From the IMG/VR virus record IMGVR_UViG_3300029516_000012: DNA of 40,916 nucleotides; one strand, 5' to 3'. Position 1 is the stretch's first letter, and the number at the start of each line of letters is the position of its first letter. Under the pieces are notes generated by a model. The model was not told where the DNA came from, made no database searches, and was given only the letters and a program-made list of their open reading frames with translations. Source of the stretch: a virus. Positions 1 through 6,577 of this stretch are shown here, in pieces. The translations under genes were made by a program, and so were the position numbers.

Positions 1-79
1 GGACGTGCCGCGCTGGCGGGATATTCGTACATTGACGGGAGAAAGTTTTTATGAAAAGACAGGACTACGAACAGTTGAC
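1..79. repeat. Terminal direct repeat, copy 1 (identical to 40838-40916). Marks a circular or circularly permuted genome; likely an assembly overlap.
   Basis: Read directly: both ends spell GGACGTGCCGCGCTGGCGGGATATTCGTACATTGACGGGAGAAAGTTTTTATGAAAAGACAGGACTACGAACAGTTGAC. An ORF open at the 3' end continues in frame at base 2. Confidence 0.95.
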
Positions 80-649
80 GTTATTTCGGGCGGATTCCCC
101 TGCCAGCCACACAGCGTTATCGGGAAACGGCTTGCAGAAAATGATGAACGGCACTTATGGCCAGAGTTCCTGCGAGTTATTGACGAATTGCGGCCGAGGT
201 ATGTTGTTGGCGAAAATGTTAATGGCATCTTATCTACAATACATGAGTCCATTTGCACCGATTTGGAAAAAGAAGGATACGAAGTCTGGACGTTCAGTAT
301 TCCGGCTTGTGCTGTCGGAGCGCACCATGAAAGATACAGGGTTTGTATTCTTGGCATCTCCAAGGGCAAGTCAGGACTTCAAGCCGATCCGCAGGCAGAC
401 ACCACAGGAGCACAGCGGAAAACACGGACAAACGCTGAGCGCCAGCCTTGGAATTATCTTCCCGGAACGTATTGGGCAGTACATCACCCCCCAGTTTGCG
501 GAATGGATGATGGGATTCCCGATTGGATGGGGGGATATCCGCAGTACAAACAGTGGATGCAGTGTTACGGAAACGCCGTAGTCCCCCAACAGTTTTACCC
601 GATCTTCCAGGCCATAGCGGACATAGAGAGGGGAATTATACATGGATGA
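2..649 (+). CDS. dcm: DNA (cytosine-5)-methyltransferase, C-terminal part. It continues 40662-40916 across the circular junction.
   Basis: Frame-2 translation carries motif IV GGFPCQPHS, motif VI GENV, motif VIII-like HHERYRVCILG and motif X YGNAVVPQ. No restriction endonuclease gene is seen nearby, so it looks like an orphan methyltransferase. Confidence 0.9.
   Translation, partial: DVPRWRDIRTLTGESFYEKTGLRTVDVISGGFPCQPHSVIGKRLAENDERHLWPEFLRVIDELRPRYVVGENVNGILSTIHESICTDLEKEGYEVWTFSIPACAVGAHHERYRVCILGISKGKSGLQADPQADTTGAQRKTRTNAERQPWNYLPGTYWAVHHPPVCGMDDGIPDWMGGYPQYKQWMQCYGNAVVPQQFYPIFQAIADIERGIIHG
51..581 (+). other. 176-codon +1-frame ORF nested entirely inside the methyltransferase gene. Either an overprinted or recoding candidate, or a chance open frame.
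   Basis: ATG at 51 is preceded by GGGAGA (37-42) with an 8-nt spacer. Its translation contains DSPAS, SPRASQ and ITPQFAEWMMGFPIGW, the last being motif-IX-like text for C5 methyltransferases. See findings. Confidence 0.25.
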
Positions 650-911
650 TATCAAATTAGCCCTGCTTGGGAATCAAGAGGCGGCCAAGCGCCTGACGGA
701 TGCGGGGGTGCGTATTCCGTGCAGATGCGGGGCAAAGGGAGAAATTATCACTATGGCGAAATATGGTGAGAACAGATGGAAACCGGCGGTTATCCGTTGC
801 CCTAAGTGCCATTACGAAGCGTGCCTTACTGTCTGGAACACCCGCGCGCCGATTCTGAGCGCGGAGGAGATGGAGATGCTGGAGGCGCTGAAAGATGGCA
901 AGGGCGATTGA
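642..911 (+). CDS. lar: Lar-family-like restriction alleviation protein (small zinc-ribbon protein)
   Basis: 89 aa with CxC ... CPKC cysteine pairs followed by TVWNTRAP, the WNTR signature typical of Lar-like proteins. Its ATG overlaps the dcm stop. Confidence 0.55.
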   Translation: MDDIKLALLGNQEAAKRLTDAGVRIPCRCGAKGEIITMAKYGENRWKPAVIRCPKCHYEACLTVWNTRAPILSAEEMEMLEALKDGKGD

Positions 912-1377
912 TGCAGACCGACTGAAACAGGCCATAGACCATGATTATTATGAGCATTACACCAAATATCACGATAGCGACCAAACAGCCCTGATTGATA
1001 TGGTGATGGACGATATTGACGAGATGCCCACCCTCACCCCGCCGAACGAGGCGCTGACGCTTGGACTGGTCGATAAGTATGGCGCACCTCTGTATGCAGG
1101 TGACACCGTGGCTGCTGACAAATTTTTTATGTACGCTATCCGGTACGGAAGCCACAATGTAAACCCGAAGCAATGTGAACCCGCCTATCAGGTCGGGTGG
1201 TATCTGGAAATTGTTTGGGCACTCTACAACGAAGACAAAACGTATATCGGGCACACTGAGGCGCTGTATGACATTGGTGGAGTGGCTGCCAGATACCCGG
1301 CCCATTGTGCGGACACTACGGAGGGAGTACAAAACCTGCTGTTGTATAAGCACCGCCCGCCGGAGGTATCGCCATGA
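895..1377 (+). CDS. Hypothetical early protein
   Basis: 160-aa ORF in a tightly packed co-oriented gene string, overlapping its neighbours by a few bases. The C-terminal half (YAGDTV...) is faintly YopX-like. Confidence 0.55.
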   Translation: MARAIDADRLKQAIDHDYYEHYTKYHDSDQTALIDMVMDDIDEMPTLTPPNEALTLGLVDKYGAPLYAGDTVAADKFFMYAIRYGSHNVNPKQCEPAYQVGWYLEIVWALYNEDKTYIGHTEALYDIGGVAARYPAHCADTTEGVQNLLLYKHRPPEVSP

Positions 1378-1601
1378 GACGCCAATACACCCGCCAGGAG
1401 CTAGAATCCATCACCCAGGAGACCGCAATCTACATTGAGGGGGCAGGCATAGCTCAGCTCCAATGGGGCGGTTTGGAGATTGCTCAGGGCGTGAAGGACG
1501 GGTACCTATACTGCAAGCATATCAAACCGTTTAGCCTGGATCTGTACGACAAATACTGGACGGCCTGGGATGGGCCGCCGGAAGAGGTGGAGAACGCATG
1601 A
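1374..1601 (+). CDS. Hypothetical protein
   Basis: 75-aa ORF with ATGA-type overlap to both flanking genes. Confidence 0.55.
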   Translation: MRRQYTRQELESITQETAIYIEGAGIAQLQWGGLEIAQGVKDGYLYCKHIKPFSLDLYDKYWTAWDGPPEEVENA

Positions 1602-1840
1602 AAACGATTTGCATTACTTGCAAAAATGACTGCAATAACGCCGGTACAACGGCCAGAATTTCTTGGTGCCCTCAGTACAAACCAGGACGAATTTTGTCCA
1701 ACGCCGACCGCATCCGGGCCATGAGCGACGCAGATTTGGCGAGATGGCTTGAATACGAGGGTGGAGGAGCCTGTGCAGAGGTTTATGGGTGGCTGGCGTG
1801 GCTCCAGCAGCCAGCGGAGGAGGGCAACAATGGACATTGA
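1598..1840 (+). CDS. Hypothetical Cys-containing small protein
   Basis: 80-aa ORF with start overlapping the upstream stop. The NADRIRAMSDADLARWL text is common in small phage proteins of unknown function. Confidence 0.55.
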   Translation: MKTICITCKNDCNNAGTTARISWCPQYKPGRILSNADRIRAMSDADLARWLEYEGGGACAEVYGWLAWLQQPAEEGNNGH

Positions 1841-1949
1841 GAAGCTGGATATAAACGCAGTATGCTTTGGTATCCTTTGCAATTTTACCCCTGTATGCGG
1901 AGAAGAACGAGCAAAAGAGGCGGTTGAGAGGAGGACAACAAGTGGATAA
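1830..1949 (+). CDS. Small hypothetical protein (39 aa)
   Basis: ATG at 1830 sits 5 nt after GGAGGAGGG and overlaps the upstream stop. This is the downstream part of track ORF 1749-1949. Confidence 0.3.
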   Translation: MDIEKLDINAVCFGILCNFTPVCGEERAKEAVERRTTSG

Positions 1950-2361
1950 ACCAAGAATTGCGCAGGTGCTGGGAGTAGAGGTCGGAGAGGATGTCAAATA
2001 CCGACATACAGATGGAACAGCAGAAAATATTTGTGTTTGTGAGGATGGGCGGGTTATTATTTCTTCTCTTTCATGCAAAATGTCAACCGTTGCTGTACTT
2101 ATAAATGCCATCAACCACCCAGACCGCATCATCCGAAAGCCCCGCTGGACGGAGCAGGAGGTGGAGAGGGCGAAGGCTATCAAAGTGCTATATCCAGTTG
2201 TTAAAACATTGGCATACGTTGATATAGTGGGACAGACATTTTACATGTATGATGACGAAGACAACTATAAGGGCAGTCTTGATAACCTTGATGAAACGTT
2301 CCCTACGCTGAGGAGCATAAGGCGGGCCACATTGGACGAGATCATCGGAGGTGCCCAATGA
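1942..2361 (+). CDS. Hypothetical protein
   Basis: Track ORF 1867-2361. The in-frame GTG at 1942 follows GAGGAGGA and fits the gene packing better than the ATG at 1867. Confidence 0.5.
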   Translation: MDKPRIAQVLGVEVGEDVKYRHTDGTAENICVCEDGRVIISSLSCKMSTVAVLINAINHPDRIIRKPRWTEQEVERAKAIKVLYPVVKTLAYVDIVGQTFYMYDDEDNYKGSLDNLDETFPTLRSIRRATLDEIIGGAQ

Positions 2362-2777
2362 CCAGAGAAATACTTTTCAAAGCCAAGCGGCTGGATAATG
2401 GCGAGTGGGTGAAAGGAAGCTTGATTTCGTTTGCAGATGGAGGGCGATCGATTTTACCATCTGAGAGTGCCGTGCTTTACAAGAAGGGCGAGTCTCTTTT
2501 TTCTACTGTAAATTGCCTTGAGGTCGACCCTTCCACGCTCTGCCAGTACACCGGCCTGACCGACAAGAACGGCGTGAAGATTTTTGAGGGTGATATTTTG
2601 AGCTACAACGGATCAAGAGAGCCAGTTATTTTTAACACAGATCTCAGAATCCCATGTTTCACAACTGGAATTGGAAGCGGAAGCAGCACCCCACTACATC
2701 CGTACAAACTGAGCAAGCGCCATTTTGTCATCGGCAACATCCACGACGGGGAGGGCGGACAGCATGAGGAGGGATAG
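2358..2777 (+). CDS. YopX-family protein
   Basis: ILFKAKRLDNGEWVKG ... YTGLTDKNGVKIFEGDIL ... VIGNIHD matches the YopX N- and C-terminal signature text. Confidence 0.8.
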   Translation: MTREILFKAKRLDNGEWVKGSLISFADGGRSILPSESAVLYKKGESLFSTVNCLEVDPSTLCQYTGLTDKNGVKIFEGDILSYNGSREPVIFNTDLRIPCFTTGIGSGSSTPLHPYKLSKRHFVIGNIHDGEGGQHEEG

Positions 2778-2780
2778 CAC

Positions 2781-2999
2781 TTGAACGAGTTCCGGGAGAG
2801 ATTGAAGAAGTTGAGGGAGAAGGAAGGGACACAGCCCTGTGTTCTCGCGGAGCTATGTGGCATCAGCAAGAACTCAATTTTGAGATATGAGCGGGATGGA
2901 GTGATTCCTGAAATAGTATCTGTTGTAAAAATAGCAGACCATTTCAATGTATCTGTGGATTACTTGCTAGGAAGAACAGACGATCCAAAAGCAATGTAA
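2781..2999 (+). CDS. XRE-family helix-turn-helix transcriptional regulator (TTG start)
   Basis: 72 aa. LRERLKKLREKEG..QPCVLAELCGISKNSILRYERDG..P ... LADHFNVSVDYLLGRTD is a textbook HTH_3 pattern. Confidence 0.8.
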   Translation: MNEFRERLKKLREKEGTQPCVLAELCGISKNSILRYERDGVIPEIVSVVKIADHFNVSVDYLLGRTDDPKAM

Positions 3000-3187
3000 C
3001 CTTCAGAAAATAGATGGTATACGTGAAGAATGGGATGAATTAGTTTCCCCCATAAATGTAGCGTTGCAAGATAAACTCCGCTTTGAGCATCCAATTACAT
3101 ACCGAATTTATAGAAGCTGGGAAGATTTAGAAGAATACCAACTTATAGGAATATCTAAGGCGAGAGCTGCATTGGAGGGCAAGAAAA

Positions 3188-3795
3188 ATGTTTAGCTTTA
3201 GTGATAACAGAAAAACAGTTAGCGAAATATTTACAATGTTCGATGAAAAAAAGCTGATTGTTGATGATAGCTATCAGCGCCGTTCCGTATGGAGCGAAAA
3301 AGACAAAGTACGTTTAATAGAAACTATTTTACTCCAATTAGTTATTCCAGAACTTTTTTTCTGGAGGGCTGACACTGATCCCGAAACGGGTGCATCTATT
3401 ACGCATATTGTTGATGGACAGCAAAGAATAAAGGCAATCTATTCTTTCATCAACAATGAGTTCAAGTTGAAATCGCAATTTTTATTGGATGACAGCATTA
3501 AGAAAGCTTACGCAAATAAATATTTTAGAGATTTAGATACTGAAACGAGAAAAACTTTTTGGAATTACCCATTAATGATAATAGAAATTGATTCCAAAGC
3601 AACTCGTGATGATATCATTACTATGTTTAATCGTCTTAATCTTACAGATTATAACCTAAACGATCAAGAAAAAACGGAATAGCGTATCTGGCGAATTTGC
3701 GGCACTTGCAAGGGAAATTTCTAACAATCCGTTATGGGACGAAAGGCGGCTATTTACTGGCCCGGATGTAAAGCGTATGAACTTTTCATTATTTC
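3188..3795 (+). pseudogene. DUF262 (GmrSD/BrxU-type N-terminal, ParB-like) domain gene, frameshifted and 3'-truncated
   Basis: DDSYQRRSVWS ... HIVDGQQRIKAIY is the DUF262 signature. The frame stops at TAG 3680-3682, just after an A6 run (3669-3674). With one A fewer the reading continues QEKRNSVSGEFAALAREISNNPLWDERRLFTGPDVKRM. Family-like text ends at the AT-to-GC composition break near 3795. No DUF1524/HNH half is present. Confidence 0.65.
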
Positions 3796-4630
3796 ACAGA
3801 AAAAGTTGCTGTGATTCCCTCGTGAGGGAATCGGAGAGCATGGTATATGCGAAAATGGGAGTGTGGGAGCGTGTGCCCCTGCGCTCCCATTCCCCTTCCT
3901 CCTTCACACGGATGGGGTGGCGTCGGTGCATCTGCCGCCACCCCCTCTGTGTGCAATATGCCGCCGGTCGAACACCACCCCACTATTCGGGGCATGAGGG
4001 GTCGCACCCTTCGGGCGGCGAATGACGGTGGAAAGACACTACACCAGATTGCTGGAGCGTCTAGGCGCTGGGAAGAGTAAGACGCGAGCCGCCTGTCATG
4101 GGGGCGGAGCTAAAAAAGCGGTGGCAGCTATGACCTGCCCCGGTGTGCCGACACATAGAAAGCGGCTGCGCCCGGCGGAGCGTGTAGAGACGGAATCCGC
4201 CGATATGCAGGAGCCAGAAGCAGGGTGATCTCCAGGCTGTGCAACTCAGTCCGCCTGCTATATTGGGTCGCTCCCATCCGTGGAAGCCGGACGCTTGTGT
4301 AGGGCGATAGCTACCAGCGCTATCCCGCTGAAAACTACCCTGCGAGTGGCTAATCATGATGTCGCCGCCAAGGCTAGGGCGTGACAATCTAAGCGGGAAG
4401 CGCACATATACCGAGTGCAGTAGCAGAAGCGGAAGCGGCGGCCCGTTACGTCGCGGACGTGTGGCGGCTCAATGCCGCCTCTCGGCTCCAAACGCAGATG
4501 GAAAGCAAAAGAGGTACTGCGCGATTAAATTAAATGCCAATGGGCGGCTGGACAACCTACTGTCCGCCATATGCCGCTCCTCGCCACCTGAGGCGGGCGG
4601 TGGCACCACAAGCGCACGAGCTGGAGAGGG
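3796..4630. ncRNA. Candidate large structured non-coding RNA, class and strand unassigned
   Basis: No credible ORF; the six-frame ORFs of 60-114 aa are Arg/Pro/Gly/Cys-rich and lack SD sequences. GC is about 63 percent (3901-3960) against 25 percent in the adjacent islet (3301-3360). Perfect local stems are dense: 3813-3820/3825-3832, 3864-3871/3882-3889, 3914-3922/3936-3944, 4173-4179/4196-4202, 4463-4468/4474-4479, 4583-4588/4599-4604. CCC-UUCG-GGG lies at 4007-4015. Confidence 0.4.
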
Positions 4631-4657
4631 CAAAAAAGCCGCCCCAGGAGGGGCGGC
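4631..4657 (-). terminator. Rho-independent terminator of the minus-strand operon 5326-4662
   Basis: GCCGCCCC-AGGA-GGGGCGGC (4638-4657) is preceded on the + strand by A6 (4632-4637). This gives a hairpin plus U-tract when read on the minus strand, immediately after the stop at 4662. Confidence 0.8.
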
Positions 4658-4661
4658 AGGA

Positions 4662-5141
4662 TTAGCTCAGAATTTCTTTCAGCTTGTCCAAATTCCCGGC
4701 ATTGGGGCTGACCTTGCCGCTCTCCCAGCGGGATATCACGGCCTGGTTAACGTCCATCGCATCCGCAAGCTGGGCTTGAGTCAAGCCTTTGGCCTTTCTG
4801 GCGGCGGAAATATCAAACTCGACAGACGCAAGGGGGCGCTTGCCTTTACCGGCAAAATAGCCTAACTGCCAAGCCCCCTGCATTTCAAGGGGCTGGAACT
4901 TTTCAGACCCTCCCTCCACGGGCGGGTCAATGCTGGTGATCTCGCAAAGCGCCTCAGCAACCTGCCGGTCGAGATCCCTCTTTAGGAGGCCAAGCCTGTG
5001 AGCATCAGAAATGACTCTGGCGAGTGCTGTATACGGGCGCTGAGCGGCAAGGGTGAGATCCCCTCCGATCTCCTGCGGATATGCCGCCGCGTTGAGCCGA
5101 CCGAACACCCAGCCAAACACGTATGCTCCTCTGTTTGTCAT
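4662..5141 (-). CDS. DNA-binding protein with a C-terminal XRE-type HTH and an unknown N-terminal domain (candidate secondary repressor)
   Basis: The C-terminus KGLTQAQLADAMDVNQAVISRWESGKVSPNAGNLDKLKEIL is an HTH_3 pattern. The ATG at 5141 sits 10 nt after AAGGAGG and shares one base with the upstream stop. Confidence 0.75.
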   Translation of the reverse strand: MTNRGAYVFGWVFGRLNAAAYPQEIGGDLTLAAQRPYTALARVISDAHRLGLLKRDLDRQVAEALCEITSIDPPVEGGSEKFQPLEMQGAWQLGYFAGKGKRPLASVEFDISAARKAKGLTQAQLADAMDVNQAVISRWESGKVSPNAGNLDKLKEILS

Positions 5142-5326
5142 CAGCAACCGACCTCCTTGAAATAACGGTATTCCATTTCGTCATAAACATTGACCTTGAT
5201 CTCAACCTTGCTGTCAGGATACTGGGAGGCATAACGAGCGGCACAATCCTCGGCTCCCTTCTTGTCGTCCATATAAGCACCCATCATCCAGCCGTCTTTG
5301 CAAACGCAATATTCATAGTGTTTCAT
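5141..5326 (-). CDS. Small hypothetical protein (61 aa), first gene of the minus-strand operon
   Basis: ATG is preceded by GGAGG with a 7-nt spacer and follows a consensus promoter. The gene is translationally coupled to the HTH gene. Confidence 0.6.
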   Translation of the reverse strand: MKHYEYCVCKDGWMMGAYMDDKKGAEDCAARYASQYPDSKVEIKVNVYDEMEYRYFKEVGC

Positions 5327-5368
5327 GACTTTACCTCCTATATTGTTCCTTTTACTTTTTATGACTTA

Positions 5369-5396
5369 ATTATATCATAAAATATGATATTGTCAA
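5369..5396 (-). promoter_or_regulatory. Near-consensus sigma-70-type promoter with an operator palindrome in its spacer
   Basis: The minus strand reads TTGACA (5396-5391), a 16-nt spacer, then TGaTATAAT with an extended -10 (hexamer 5374-5369). The spacer holds the inverted repeat ATATCAT-N5-ATGATAT (5372-5390). Confidence 0.65.
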
Positions 5397-5417
5397 TACA
5401 TATTTTGAAAAATATTT

Positions 5418-5560
5418 GCCGCCCCGCAGTTGCAGGAGACGGGGGTGGCCCAATGAGAGGAAACGCATGGCGGGATATTCCCCCGCCGCCTCTCAAACAA
5501 AAGATCAGGGCTAGGCCGACGGGCCGAAAAGGGAGGTGCCACCTTACTCCCCTGCCCTGA
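5418..5560 (+). promoter_or_regulatory. Structured GC-rich 5' leader upstream of the antirepressor gene
   Basis: Nested stems: 5418-5425/5442-5449 (contains a G-T wobble valid only in + sense), 5455-5460/5489-5494 enclosing 5469-5474/5482-5487, and 5505-5511/5554-5560 enclosing 5514-5517/5522-5525 and 5531-5535/5547-5551. Confidence 0.35.
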
Positions 5561-5604
5561 GTCAACATAAAGGTGGGAAATAAAATAGAAAGGGTGGTAT
5601 CTAC

Positions 5605-6243
5605 ATGAACGACTTGATGATTTTTAAGAACCCTGAGTTTGGGGAGATTCGTACTGTGGAATTGGCCGGGGAGCCGTGGCTGGTGGGAAAGGATGTAGCC
5701 GAGGCGCTTGGGTACAGCAATCCGCGGGATGCGCTCGATCGACACGTGGATAACGAGGATAAAGCTGCCGTCGGGATTCACGACGGCAGCCAGTCCAGAA
5801 ACATGACCATCATCAATGAGAGTGGCCTGTACTCCCTGGTGTTGTCCAGCAAGCTGCCTGGGGCAAAGAAGTTCAAGCGCTGGGTGACGAGTGAGGTATT
5901 ACCCAGCATTCGCAAGCACGGAGCTTACATGACCTCGGACACGATCGACAAGATGATAAACTCTCCGGAGTTTGGCATCAAACTGCTTACTGCGCTGAGA
6001 GACGAGCAGGATAAGAGAAAGGCACTGGAGACTGAGCTGGATAGGAGCAAGGAGTGGTACTCCATTAAGCGTGTAGCAAATCTGAACGGAGTATCACACA
6101 AGAAGTTTGACTGGAGGAAACTAAAGAGCGAAAGCTCAAATATGGGTTATGAAGTAAGAAAGATTTTCGACGCCAATTATGGCGAAGTCAATACTTATCA
6201 CATGAGAGTGTGGGAAAAAGTATATCCGAACATGGAGCTATAA
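5605..6243 (+). CDS. Phage antirepressor, BRO-N domain protein
   Basis: MIFKNPEFGEIRTVELAGEPWLVGKDVAEALGYSNPRDALDRHVDNEDK is the BRO-N/AntA-type N-terminal signature. Confidence 0.85.
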   Translation: MNDLMIFKNPEFGEIRTVELAGEPWLVGKDVAEALGYSNPRDALDRHVDNEDKAAVGIHDGSQSRNMTIINESGLYSLVLSSKLPGAKKFKRWVTSEVLPSIRKHGAYMTSDTIDKMINSPEFGIKLLTALRDEQDKRKALETELDRSKEWYSIKRVANLNGVSHKKFDWRKLKSESSNMGYEVRKIFDANYGEVNTYHMRVWEKVYPNMEL

Positions 6244-6320
6244 TCAACCCACACGGGTGTATCGCTTAACAGGCTGTGACGGCTGGCCGGATCCGAGCCA
6301 GTGCTCGACAGTAGGCGGCG

Positions 6321-6350
6321 AAAAGCATTTAAAAGCATTTAAAAGCATTT
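6321..6350. repeat. Three perfect tandem 10-bp repeats (AAAAGCATTT) plus degenerate copies to about 6368. These are helically phased A-tracts.
   Basis: Read directly: aaaagcattt aaaagcattt aaaagcattt caaaagcaaaacattt. The site lies about 230 bp upstream of terS. Confidence 0.9.
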
Positions 6351-6577
6351 CAAAAGCAAAACATTTCAATCCACGCACCCCGCGAGGGGTGCGACGAAAC
6401 TGTTCGCCGAGAAATTACTTATGTTTTCCAGAACCAAGCCAATGCGAAAACGCTTATCGATTCAAGAGGTACGTTTTCTTTTGGCACTCTTGACCGGATG
6501 GTTAGAGAAGAAGAAAGAACAGGATTCATATCAGAGGCGCAGAAGAAAAGAAGAAAAAGGTAAGACGAGGTGGTGAC

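Noticed and set aside
895-2999. An acr-aca-like locus: a string of small unknown genes ending in the HTH regulator at 2781-2999
   Set aside because: This rests only on a positional analogy. None of the small proteins could be linked to an anti-CRISPR family by eye, and YopX-type genes are ordinary early genes.
3960-3985. Possible tRNA T-arm (GGTCGAAC / GTTCGACC)
   Set aside because: There is no complementary 5-bp T-stem, no acceptor stem and no anticodon arm. No complete tRNA gene was found anywhere in the window.
4086-4111. Group II intron domain V candidate (GAGCCGCC...GGCGGAGCU)
   Set aside because: The stem geometry is wrong: the lower helix is only 2 bp, there is no GNRA loop and the bulge is misplaced. 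No reverse-transcriptase ORF and no GUGYG...AY boundaries are present.
4182-4210. Group I intron core: GUGUAGAGAC resembles the conserved R/P7 region, and a nearby GAUAUG string looks S-like
   Set aside because: I could not build a matching P7 pairing, a G-binding site or P3/P8 partners. No interrupted host gene resumes downstream. A 10-mer match could be chance.
3777-4405. ORFs in the GC-rich block (3777-4025 +, 3847-4080 +, 4022-4228 +, 3789-4007 -, 4061-4405 -)
   Set aside because: Their translations are Arg/Pro/Gly/Cys-rich with no motif. They have no SD sequences and overlap each other in several frames. This is typical of random open frames in GC-rich non-coding sequence.
4662-5326. 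HicA/HicB- or other toxin-antitoxin-type pair (61 aa plus a 159-aa HTH protein)
   Set aside because: The 61-aa protein lacks HicA-type motifs such as the GSH/dsRBD-like text. The divergent arrangement with an antirepressor gene fits an immunity-type regulator better.
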